Shown one piece after another: positions 1-12,274 of a stretch of 64,000 bases of DNA. The position numbers and the translations under genes were made by a program. Origin of the DNA: Octopus vulgaris (Eukaryota). The notes under the pieces were generated by a model. It was not told the DNA's origin, searched no databases, and was given only the letters and a program-made list of their open reading frames with translations. Location of the stretch: assembly GCA_951406725.2 (NCBI GenBank), contig OX597834.1, positions 30,442,001 to 30,506,000 of the forward strand, in the 5' to 3' direction. Position 1 is the first letter of the stretch, and each line of letters starts with the position of its first letter.

Positions 1-374
1 CACATGTACATAATATACATACACACACATGCACAAGTACATAATATACACACATACACACGTACACAATATACATACACACACATACACATATAATATA
101 CACACACACATTCATACATGAGCCACGTTTCGTAAATGTATGCACATATACATACATACATACGTGCATATATTTACCCACACACGTACATACACCCACA
201 TACACATCCATATGTCATCATCACCATCATCATCATCACCACCATCACCTTTTTACGTCCACCTTCCATGCTGACATGGCCCGGGCACATCGCCACATCT
301 TGAGTCAGAACATATCGAAGGAGGTTTGCTCATCCAGCTGGGTTGGGGGGAAAACCGCACCTCACTCATGAGTG

Positions 375-720
375 TCGTGTGTAAATAGGTATAACGTGTA
401 TGCTTATACATATAAAATATATGCATGTGTATACATATATGGCTGTATATGCATACGTGTTACTATCTATACACACACACACACACACACATATATATGT
501 ATACATATATACATATACATGTATACATATATACGTATACATATACACATGTATACGTATACATATACACATGTATACATATATAGCTTTATATGCATGT
601 TTTACTATATACTATATATATATATATATATACACATACACACATATGTGCATGTGTATATATATATACATACACACATGTATATACATATATAGCTGTA
701 TATGCATGTTTTACTATATA

Positions 721-762
<42 letters not shown>

Positions 763-926
763 CATACACACATGTATACATATATATATATATATATATG
801 CATGTATATGTACACATATATATATATCTACATATGCATGTTTATACTATATATGTTCATTATATATATATATATATGTATATATAAATATATATAACAC
901 GTACATATATATATATGCACATATAC

Positions 927-961
<35 letters not shown>

Positions 962-1060
962 CACACATGTATATGTGCATACATATATGGCTGTATATGC
1001 ATACGTGTTACTATATATTTATATATACATACATATAAAAAAATATATCTATATAATGAA

Positions 1061-1097
<37 letters not shown>

Positions 1098-1125
1098 CAA
1101 TATATATGAATACATATGTATTGTA
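375..1125. repeat. Compound (TA)/(CA) microsatellite with higher-order units
   Basis: gctgtatatgcat..ttactat recurs about 4-5 times. Confidence 0.9.
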
Positions 1126-1130
1126 GAATT

Positions 1131-1280
1131 AGGAACATATGTAGATATATATGTATGCATGTATATATATACATATATTAACACGTTTCTCTCCTCTGTC
1201 TATATATTATTGATATGTAGACAGAGGAGAGAAACGTGCTAATATATGTATATATGTACATGTATATATACATATTTCCT
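1131..1280. repeat. Foldback inverted repeat
   Basis: acatatattaacacgtttctctcctctgtcta / tagacagaggagagaaacgtgctaatatatgt, short loop, closed by aggaa/ttcct. Confidence 0.8.
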
Positions 1281-2074
1281 CTCTTTCTCCACACACACAC
1301 ACAGAGTGGTCAGAAGACTTGTAATAAAATTAAGAGCTATCTTAGCAGCTTGCTGCTACACTAGCAGCAGCAGCAACACCAAGAACCACAAACAGCAGCA
1401 GCAGTAGTTGTAGTAATGTTCTTCTTCTCCTTGTTAAATGCTCCCGGTTTCCGTGAACACACATAAATTATTCCGACTTCGTATAGAGGCAGCAGCAGCG
1501 CCTCGGAAATATATAATAACATTTCGGAAGTGGGGATTAACTATTAAAAAAATATATTTCTTTCTTGCTTTCTTTCTTTCTTTCATTCCCTTCATTATAT
1601 TTTCAAGATCAATAAAAAGTAAAAGATTCAACAACAACCACAACAACACGACGAAGATAGAGCTAGCTACAAAGAGAGAGACGAACGAATATCGATTAGG
1701 TGACAATCCAGAGGTGTGATAGAGGGGACGTGGGTAGGGCGAAGGCGAGAATTCCTTTTATAGATTTTTTTTTCTTCTCCCCCACACTTCTAGTTATGAT
1801 TATTATCGTTAATATTGTCACACCAAATCGCTGAAGATTTGAGTTTTTTTATTATTCAATTTTGTCACATTTCAAACGATTGAAGTCGTCAGTCAGCTAA
1901 CAATTCCCTCCGGGACCGGTCTTCGATGTTAGTTATAATTAGATTGAGATAAGAGTAAATGGTGACTGCATACATACATACATACATACTGTAGTTTGTG
2001 TAGTGATGTGTGCCTATATAAGTATAGACATGTATACGTAGGCATGTGTGCATGGACATGCGTATATGTGTGGT

Positions 2075-2142
<68 letters not shown>

Positions 2143-2251
2143 TAGATAGACAGACAGATAGATAGACAGACAGATATATATATAGAGAGATAGATAGATA
2201 TAGATAGACAGACAGATAGATAGATATATAGATAGATATAGATAGACAGAC

Positions 2252-2302
<51 letters not shown>

Positions 2303-2447
2303 CAGATAGACAGATAAATAGATAGACAGACAGACAGATAGATAGATAGACATAGATAAATAGACAGACAGATAAATAGATAGATAGACAGATAGACAGA
2401 CAGACAGATAGATAGATAGACAGACAGACATAGATAGATAGATAGAT
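2075..2447. repeat. (GATA)/(GACA) microsatellite
   Basis: Direct reading; similar tracts at 11645-11950 and 13385-14145. Confidence 0.95.
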
Positions 2448-3310
2448 GCACATACACAAACACACACGTATATAGCAAAATAAGATTCGTGTGAACGTTC
2501 AATCCATTTTCTATTACACAGAGAGAGAGAGGAGAAGTCTGTTTTAACTTCATTTATTCAACCAGAGAAACGGTATCCGTCATTTTATGGTTAACCTCAA
2601 GTCAAGCCTGTCTGAGCACGTCCTTCCCTCTGCCACTAAGAATATCTAAGAAATACTTTATCCAATGCATTTTTTGAAGTTTCAAGACCAAATTACATGA
2701 AATTTGAAGTAAAAACTTGGCTAACATTTCTTGAAGGTTAAGCAACCACGTTCATTCCATCTCATTCTTTCAAACAACATCAGAGGGATTGTATAAGTTT
2801 ATTGTTCGTCTAGAAAGCTACGAAATTCTAGAGAATGCTTTAAAAACAAGGTGTCGACCATCCACGACAGAGCCTATACGTGATCGCTAAACATGCTAGA
2901 AATAGCAGCTTAATTCACCTAAATCACACCGAACTACCTTATAATAGAAAAAAAAAAGAGAAAAGAACACCAAATAATGTACATCCGAGGTATATAAAGC
3001 TTGGATAAATTGAGATGGTCATGGTGGGAATATATTTCGGTTCGACTGACGGTTAAACTACGTGGTTGATATAAAATGTACATGAGAACAGTGGCTGTCT
3101 TTTTATTATTCGTTTAGTCTTCGAAAGCTGACCCGAGGTTGAAGAACAATGCTGACACACACAGTAGGGTCATGAAAGTAGTAAGGAAATGCATTAAGAA
3201 ATGAGAACATTGTGTGTGTGTGTAAAATAGATATACACGGGCGGGAAAAACTGAGGTGTGACAGTGAATCACTAGACTTGCACATATATATATATATATC
3301 TTTCTCTCTT

Positions 3311-3492
3311 TCTCTTTTACTTGTTTCAGTCATTTGACTGCGGCCATGCTGGAGCACCGCCTTTTAGTCGAGGAAATCGACCCCGGGACTTATTCTTTTG
3401 GTAAGCCCAGTACTTATTCTATCGGTCTCTTTTGATGAACAGCTAAGTGACGGGAACGTAAACACACCAGGAGGACAAACACAGACACACAA

Positions 3493-3531
<39 letters not shown>

Positions 3532-3690
3532 TACGACAGGCTTCTTTCAGTTTCCGTCTACCAAATCCACTCACAAGGCATTGGTCGGCCCGGGGCTATA
3601 GCAGAAGACACTAGCCCAAGATGCCACGCAGTGGGACTGAACCCGCAACCATGTGGTTGGTTAGCAAGCTACTTACCACGCAGCCACTCC
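3311..3690 (-). mobile_element. tRNA-derived SINE family A
   Basis: A-box TGGCTGYGTGG, B-box GGTTCAGTCCC, CORE-like cttgggc(a/t)agtgtctt, internal (TA)(TG) tract, tail gaaacaagtaaaagag. Confidence 0.9.
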
Positions 3691-4862
3691 ATATATAGAA
3701 TATGTATACTCTACACTATTTTGTACTCTCACTAAAACAAAAACACTCGTGCGTATGTGTGTGCGCATGTATAAGTATGTATATGTGTTGAGAGAGATTT
3801 CTTTGGTCGTGTCATTAATGAATACAGAAAAAGAAAACGACAAGTGTGTCCATCTATTTTTGTTTAAACATTTACACACATAATTAGACATGTAGATATA
3901 CACACACAGACACCACACATGCACACCACGTACAAATAAATACACAGTAGCTACTAAGTCTGTCCTTTGGTGTGCGAAATGGAGAAAGATAGTCAGTCAG
4001 TCAGTCAGTCAGTCGCACAAGTGTTCTCTTTCAAAAGGAAACTGGCTGATTGTGTCAGAACAGTGGGAAGATGTGTAGTCAAGATAAGCGGTAACATAAT
4101 ATAAGTGGAAGCAATACATACATCCATACACACACATATGTGTATGTACACATTAGATAGATAGATAGTAAGATGGCTAGCAAGCTTAGATAGCTAACTA
4201 GACACATAGATATAGATAAAGAGGGAAATAGATAAAAAGTAATTTTCACTAGGCACAAAGCCAATTTTGTTGAAGTGTGGGATGGGACAAAATGCGCCCC
4301 AGACGAATTGACAACCCTTCATATCTCCCACACCGTCGTCAACACTCCCTCACTCACAAATACACGGTTTTAAAATATCCCAGCACATTTTATCACAGAC
4401 TCAGGTCCTAAATCACACGACCAACAAATGGACCAAAAAAAATGACAGCCGTACACACCAGATTTTTTACTTCAACCTGACTGAAAATGTGGCGACGTAC
4501 TATGTGTATAACATGCAAATTGAAAGGGTAGAATAAGTAGGGGTATTTGCAATGCAGAACTCAACTAGAACCCTTGGCTATCTACAATAGTAAACTATAA
4601 TAAAGATATGTTGAATTCATTATTATTATTTGGAATACACACACACAAACATGCATACATTACCGCTATATTAAAACAGATAGGTAGGTAGAGAGAGACA
4701 GAGGTAGATATAGAATTAAACAATAACAGCAGGGATTCAATCTGATTCAATGTAATGTAGAGAGGTTAACTTCGTCTAGGGGTATTTAAAAGAAACAAAA
4801 AACAAGGGAGGTAACTATAACAAGATCAGCTGACTGAATTTTTTGGACACTATACATAGATG

Positions 4863-4909
4863 ATGCAATGGACATGTTTCAGTTCTATGACACCTCATCA
4901 ACAAAGCAT
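4863..4909 (-). ncRNA. Minimal type-I hammerhead ribozyme motif (decayed, C3>U), Penelope-like
   Basis: atgctttg-(T)TGATGA-ggtgtcatagaact-GAAAC AT GTC-cattgcat: stem I 6/8 paired, short stem II, palindromic ACATGT, GUC site. Confidence 0.55.
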
Positions 4910-7735
4910 ATTCTACTCAGCTGACAAAACTAAAAGCTATTTATATGTTTTGCCTTTTACTTGTTTCAGTCATTAGATTGCAGCCTCCAATGGTCAACTC
5001 AAACCAATTGACCCCAAAATTTCTTTTTTTTTTTTTAAAGTCTGCTACTTATCCTATCAGTCTCTTTATGCTACACCACGAGGGACCCAAACAAACCAAC
5101 ACCAGTTTTCAAGAGGTAGTCGGGGACAAACACACATACACAAAAGGCTTCTTTCAGTTTCTGTCAAACAAATCCACTCAGAAGTCTTTGAGTAGACCAA
5201 GGTTATTGTATAAGATATTTGCCCAAAGTGATACCTGTTGGGACTGAACCCAGAACCATGTGATTGGAAAGCCAGCTTCTTACTGCACAGCCACACCTGC
5301 ACCTATTCGTTTTACTGAAGCTGAAAAACTTCACAAATTGCAATTGTTATTTTCTGCATCTTGTGCAGACATACCTGTGTGTAGGCAGAAAGATGAACAG
5401 ATAGGCAGACAAACAGACAGACAGATAGATAAAATGAACAGACAGACAGATAGATTGACAAATGGATAGTTGGACAGACAATGATTAGGCAGATGGACAG
5501 ATAGAAAGATAGACAGGTAGATAGGTGCAGAGAGATAGACAGGTGGACAATGTAGTGACTGATTGATATTATTATCAACAATATGGCTAGGAGAAAATAC
5601 CTCTGGAGAGGCATATCAACCAAGTTGAACATATTGAAGTTAACTTTTTTGCTTATTTGTTGTTTCAGTGTCTTAAACAGCATAAGAGGGAGTTCTTGTC
5701 AACTAATTGCTTGGATAAATATCAGTCATGAAAGTATTTTCACCTCACTACTACATATATTGTGAGCATATCATTAGTTAGACAGCTCGATAGCAACACA
5801 GATAGACATATAAACAGAGATAGCGAAAGAGGCAGTATGTAGATTAGACAGAAGATTGGCAAATAGACTGATAGAGAAATGAATAGACAGAGAGATGGAG
5901 GGACATAGGGACAGATACAGATTGACAAATAGGCAGGTGCAAATGATTCAAACCATAACGGACAGTATTTTTCACAAGATAGCTTTGGTTATAATAATTA
6001 TCATTTTTACTATTATTTAATTTTTAACACTCAAATGCTTTACACAATCCGACTCAAAACGTTTAATTAGATATCTACATAAGTTAAAGAAATATCATAA
6101 ATTGGTAAATTTTAAAAATGATGCCCCAGCATGGCCTTTAGCTGAGATGGTCAAAAATAAATAAATAAACTACATAGCCCTTGCATATATAAAAGCTACA
6201 ACTTCCTGTATATAACTGAAGTACATATGCTTTATGTAAAACAGGCCCTGCAATTTCTATGCATCTATATTGAGATTGAAATGCCGAGATTCTCTGTGTA
6301 TATATACATACATTAAGTCCTAGATACAACTCAAACAGGATGGTTATGGTCAGAGCACATTTGATCACAGGTGTTCTTTCTACTCAGTGGTTCTTATCAA
6401 TCAATAATTGCCCCAAGCTGAGATTCTCTAATTCTGATAAGGTTTATGTACTTGTTTAAGGAGTTTCTGGTTTCTGGAGAGTTTTGTAATATATATACAT
6501 ACGCATACACTCACACATAAGCAGGTAATTAGAGTGCATGCATGCATACATACATAATTGGAGCACTAGGTTTTGTTAGTAAATGCTTAAAGGAGGATCT
6601 GGATAAGATGGGATTTTCAGAAAGTGAAATTGACTGGCTAATTCGTACATTACAAGTGCAATCTGTGAGTGGAACAATAAAAATATGCAAGCCTTTTCTC
6701 AAGTTCCAAATGTGAATTTGTCTGTGTTAACTACATCCCAAAGATGGAGCCATGCATCTTTTTTTGGAAACAAGTTCCCTCCTCAGTTGAAGATTTATAT
6801 AATTAAAAAATAGAAATGACATACATACATGTGTGTGTGTGTACATATGAGAATATGTATATACACATGCATGTATATATACATATATGTATTAGGATGA
6901 CAGATATTTTAGACATGTATATGTGTGTATGCATACATACAATAGGGCGTTGAATAACAATTTGTGACAAACACAAACATTAGTGTGAGGGTGTATATAT
7001 TACATAACGTATACTATATAAATACATATATATATCTGTATACACACACTGCAGGGTTGTAACTGATAGAACTAGTCTTATTGCGCTCCAATTCTCCTGC
7101 AGGAAGGATGAAAGGCAAGTTCGACTCCCAGCGGGATTTGAACTCAGAAATGCTAAAGAGACGTGACTAATTATCACCGCTCCATCGATAATACCAATCC
7201 CACCCATGGATTGGGTGGTGAATAATCAGAAAAGAAACGATTAACTCGAAGGCTTCCTTTGCCAACAAGCTCCATTTGTACGTAAATGATAAATGTCCAG
7301 GTGAAAGCTGCTAACAAGGGATTTACTTATACATAGAGCAATTAATTTACTTAGGGATACAAATACAATACTGCACCTCCCACCCCACTGCCACCCAACT
7401 TTGTTTCCTCATGACATTTGGAGAACAGATATCTTTCTTAAGAAATATCCTAAAAATATTGGTGCAGGTGTGGCTGTATGGTTAGAAGCTTGCTTTCCAA
7501 CCATTGTGGTCTTGGATTCAGTCCCACTGCGTGGCACCTTGAGCAAGTGTCCTCCACTATTCCCTTGGGCCAACCAAAGCCTTGTCAGTGGATTTGGTAG
7601 AAGGAAAGTGAAAGTGTGTAATTGATTGCCGAAAAGCTGAAAGGGAAAGTTGACCACAGCGGAATTTGAACTGAGAATGTTAAAGAAAGATGAAATATAA
7701 TGCGTACATTTATCTTATACACATCCAGTGTCTAC

Positions 7736-7780
7736 CTTCTAGCTTTAGGCGAATTGGCAGGACTCGGTTCCCACCACAAC
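7736..7780 (-). other. Candidate 45-nt cassette exon
   Basis: catcttcatttcttgcag|GTTGTGG...CTAGAAG|gtagac; open in phases 1 and 2, stop in phase 0. Confidence 0.25.
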
Positions 7781-8678
7781 CTGCAAGAAATGAAGATGAC
7801 CATGATGTGGACGTTTGTCGTGCTTGAAATAGCAGGCAAACCATCCTTGAATCTATTGTCCTAAAAACAAGGTAGGAAGGAAGGCATACCACATTAACGT
7901 AATGCAATTCTGCATACTACAACAAAGCCTTTTGATCATCAGCATTCTGTTCAATTAACCTTGACTTGAGCGTCAACAACTGTTAAGTCAGAAGGGAGTT
8001 CCTATGTCAGTCATGGGCAAACTGCAGCCCGAGGGGCTTTCTTAATGTTGTGCCAAGGAAGAATTACCTTGACATCATTTTAGCAGTATCTGATGGTGAG
8101 GCATGTCAAATGCAGCCCACTTCTTGCAAAAGGCTACAATGATGCTCTGCATGGTTGCCGCCAGCTTCATATAGCAGCCAAATTTATTTCAATCAAACTC
8201 ATACATCATGAGAGTGAAATAAAGAAGTGTGCATATATACACTTCTGTGTATATATATATACATATACACATGTGTGAGTGTGTGTGTATATAAATATAT
8301 ATATATATATGCAAGTATATATGTAAATATAAGTATATACATATAAACAAATATATATATATATATATATATTTATAAGAACCAAATAAGGTTTGAAAAT
8401 CAATTAAGGTAGTTCATTTTTTTTAGTCTGCAGAGAAATGGCTAAAATTTACCCTGTTTATAATTATACCAGTGTGTATGTATATATATATATATATACA
8501 TACATACCAGTGTGTGTGTATATATATATATACACACACACACACATACCAGTAAAAATTTAGATTCAGATGAATATGGTACCTGAGTTGAGGCACTATA
8601 ATTTAGTACAGCATTATCCATACAATTTCAAAGTAAGGTGATTAAAATCAAAATAAGCAACAATGATATCCAGAGGTA

Positions 8679-8766
8679 ATGCAGTAAGATCGTTTCAAGC
8701 AACTCCATTTAATTGAACAATGCAAACATAACATCAATTTACATGCAGAGCAATCCTCAGCTGCAT
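8679..8766 (-). ncRNA. Decayed minimal hammerhead motif in the left arm of an inverted repeat
   Basis: atgcag-CTGAGGA-(~58 nt)-GAAAC-GATC-t-TA-ctgcat: perfect 6-bp stem I, palindromic tetraloop. Confidence 0.45.
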
Positions 8767-8957
8767 AAAAGACATAGAATTCAATTAAATTAAAACAGAT
8801 GGACACATTAGTATAATTTTACCTAAAATCGCCAAGAAGTTAAGGAGACAGACAAAGAACATGGTGTTTCACTTCAGCTAAGAAGCTACTAGCTAAAACT
8901 ATACTAATGTGTACTAATGTGTTCATCTGTTTTAATTTAATTGAATTCTATGTCTTT

Positions 8958-9045
8958 ATGCAGCTGAGAATCACTCTGCATTTAAATTCATGTAATGACT
9001 GCATTGTTCAATTAAATGGACTTGCTTGAAACGATCATACTGCAT
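8958..9045 (+). ncRNA. Decayed minimal hammerhead motif in the right arm of an inverted repeat
   Basis: atgcag-CTGAGAA-...-GAAAC-GATC-a-TA-ctgcat; inverted copy of 8679-8766. Confidence 0.4.
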
Positions 9046-9577
9046 TACCTCATTACCTCTAGATATCCTTGTTGCTTATTTTGATTTTATACATACCAGT
9101 ATATATATATATATATATATATACACACAAGCATATATTATTACAAATTTGGGATTTTACCAATAGAACCGCAACTCCTCTTTCAAGATAACCTTATTGT
9201 ATGGAATACACATAGAAAGTTTCATCCAATAAAAATAATATAAGCAATTAAAATAACCTACTACAAATTAAAATTAGTTGAAAAAATATGCAAGTATATA
9301 TATATATATATATATATATACATGCGATTATATAAATACACATACAAGAATATATATATAGATATATAAATTTATATATAAACATATAATTCAACTGGAG
9401 GTTAAATTAGCCTCGTTAAGGGATGTTATCATCCAATTAATTGTTTAATACCGAATATTTGCTGCGAATATTAATATTCATAAAACAATAGGCTTATATA
9501 CAAATCATGGTTTATAATCATTCAAAAGAACATAAGAAAATGGAGATATAGCATTTAATAAAAATTCATTATTTGGA

Positions 9578-9666
9578 AAAACCAAACATGGTCCCTTACA
9601 GCTGTTTCAACTAATCCTAATAGATTATGCTTAATTGAAACAGCTGTAAGGACAATGCTTGATTTT
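9578..9666. repeat. Hairpin with perfect 17-bp arms containing GAAACAGCTGTA
   Basis: ccttacagctgtttcaa (9594-9610) / ttgaaacagctgtaagg (9635-9651), imperfectly extended. Confidence 0.7.
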
Positions 9667-10169
9667 TGCAGATAAATTGTCATTAAAAGACAGGTGAAAC
9701 AAAAAAGGGACAACAAAATATCCAGACAGACGATACAAGGAAAACAAGGACGGATGGTTTTATATATATATATATATATATATGTATATACAAGTAATCA
9801 TCATCAGTTAACATCTGTTGTCCATGCTGGCATGGGTTGGATGGTTTGACCGGGCTGGATGCCTTTCTTAAGGCCAACCACACTGAGAGTGTAATGGGTG
9901 CTTTTATGTGCCAATTGTGTGACACCGTGGTGCGATTACTTGCCTCTGACACGGGTGCCAACTTTTATGACACCAGTGTCTGCCACAACTGCGATTTTGC
10001 TTGGTTTGATGGTTCTTCTTTCCATGTATGAGATAATGCCAAAAGACTTGGTCGTTGCATCTGTGAAGCACAACACACGAAAGGAACTCAGTGATTTTGC
10101 CTCTGTAAGACCCAACACTCGAAGGGAAGTTAGCCACTTTGCCCCCGTGAGGTGCATACAAGTATATGC

Positions 10170-10520
10170 AGCCACATGGTTCCGGGTTCGATCCCACTGC
10201 GTGACACTTTGGGCAAGTGTCTTCTACTATAACTCCAGGTCGACTAAAGCCTTGTTAGTGGATTTTGTAGACGGAAACTGAAAGAAGAAGATCCTATTAA
10301 TATATGTATATATCTATATGTGTGTGTGCCTTTGTATGTGTTTGTTCCCCATCATCGATTAACAACCGGTGTTGGTGTGTTTACGTTCGTGTAACTTAGC
10401 GGTTCGGCAAAACAGAACGATAGAATAAGAACTAGGTTTTTTTTAAAATAAGTCCCGGGGTCAATTTCTTCAACTAAAACCCTTCAAGGCCGCAGACTAA
10501 CACAAGTAAAAGAATAGAGA
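10170..10520 (+). mobile_element. SINE family A
   Basis: Matches other copies from ccacatggttccgggttc to the tail. Confidence 0.85.
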
Positions 10521-10532
10521 GAGAGGAGGGGG

Positions 10533-10574
<42 letters not shown>

Positions 10575-10577
<3 letters not shown>

Positions 10578-10704
10578 GGTGTCCCAAAAAAATGTATACA
10601 CATAGTGGTTCGGCAAAAGAGAACGATAGAATAAGTACTAGGCTTACAAAGAATAACAAATTTACAATTATTTAAGGTGTGTATACATTTTTGGGGACAC
10701 CTTG
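10575..10704. mobile_element. Tc1/mariner-type MITE containing a SINE fragment
   Basis: TA|cagggtgtcccaaaaaaatgtatacaca ... tgtgtatacatttttggggacaccttg|TA; the interior matches the SINE-A 3' body. Confidence 0.8.
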
Positions 10705-10849
10705 TATATATATATATATATATATTTCTTTACTATCCACAGAGGGGAGAAACAAGGACAGACAAACGGATTAAGTCGATTACATCAACCCCAGTGCGTA
10801 ACTGGTACTTAATTTATCGACCCCGAAAGGATGAAAGGCAAAGTCAACA

Positions 10850-10883
<34 letters not shown>

Positions 10884-11199
10884 GACACACATATTGGCGA
10901 ATGCAATCCTCTAGATAGTCACAAACGGAAAGTCGTTGGTCGTTATCAACGAGAGCTGATTTGTGTCTAAACAAAGGAGGGCGACTCGATAATGAAAAAT
11001 GGGTCCCTTTATTTGAGCTGTAAATTCATTGATTGATTCTTAATTGGGGTAAGGTATTGTCGATCAGGAATTTCATTTCCTACACAAATAAAGAAAAAAT
11101 GTCCCATGTTTGGTATGATGAGTAATCGATATATCATATGTCTTATGTCCAACACCTACATCTGAGTTAAAAGAACATAGTGAATGCCTTAGTCAGAGA

Positions 11200-11440
11200 A
11201 CGGGAGAGAGAGAGAGAGAAAGTGAGGGAGAAAAGAAGTGAAAAAGGAGTGAGTGAGAGAGAAAGAGAATAGGGAGAAAGAAAGAAAGAGAAAAGAGAGA
11301 AAGAAAGAAAGAGAAAAGGGAGAAAGACAAGGGGGAGAAAGGAAGAGAGAGAGAGAGAGAAAAGGGAAAAAGACAAGGGGGAGAAAGGAAAAGAGAGAGA
11401 AGGAAATAGAATGAGGCAGTAAGATAGGGAGGGAGGGTGA
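11200..11440. repeat. Polypurine (GA-rich) tract
   Basis: Almost only A/G; a polypyrimidine tract occurs at 55820-55930. Confidence 0.9.
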
Positions 11441-11719
11441 CATTTTTGACAATCATTTCAATAAATATATCTTCTTTTTTTTATGGGTGAGAGAGGTGTT
11501 ATTTTTAGCAATCACGGTCAAGACCATTCAGGAGGAAACGCCTTGGTTTTTAGGTAGAAATAAATATGAAAGTGAAATGAAAATAGAAACGCGAGGAAGC
11601 ACGGTGGTGGAGTAGAGCGAAAGACTGTGTGACGGGAGACATCGAGATAGATAGATAGATAGACAGATAGGTAGATAGGTAGACAAATAGACAGACAGAT
11701 AGATAGATAGATAGATAAG

Positions 11720-11779
<60 letters not shown>

Positions 11780-11803
11780 TAGATAGATAGATAGACAGAT
11801 AAG

Positions 11804-11851
<48 letters not shown>

Positions 11852-12274
11852 CAAATAAATAGATAGATAAATAGATAGACAGATAGATAAATAGATAGAT
11901 AAATAGACAGATAGATAAATAGACAGACAGACAGATAGATAGATAGATAGTGCGAAGGAGAGAGAGAGAGAGAGAGCAAGGTAAACAGCTTGCCTCTTCC
12001 TTCTATTTTGTAGGTGTCTGGAACCCTTTAAAATGTAAAATTAAGATTTCGGGACAAGAAGTCAGTTGTGGATTGAGCTAACCACAGCTACCATGATCGA
12101 TTTTAATCACATATATTCGATATAAAGGGACAAAGATTTTGTCGATTTAGCTGTTTAGAATTACGTCCAGTCAGCTAGCCAGCCCTGATAGAACAAGACT
12201 TGTGATCAAAAGCAATCTAGCCATGATAATCTTACCTTTTTAGAGATATTGGGGGATTATTAAAGGATTGCATT

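Larger units (their letters stand above)
8555..9090. mobile_element. Penelope-like remnant with ~170-bp imperfect inverted arms (8643-8813 / 8912-9089)
   Basis: Arms are reverse complements, carry hammerhead motifs, sit in a TA/CA microsatellite, and are flanked by acataccagta (8544-8554, 9091-9101). Confidence 0.5.

Noticed and set aside
1438-1719. 93-aa plus-strand ORF and its antisense ORF
   Set aside because: Low-complexity, UTR-like composition, no recognisable domain.
366-2553. Long YI/IYLS/CV-repeat ORFs (also 11-14 kb, 34-37 kb, 51-55 kb, 61-62 kb)
   Set aside because: Translations of stop-free microsatellites, open in multiple frames and strands.
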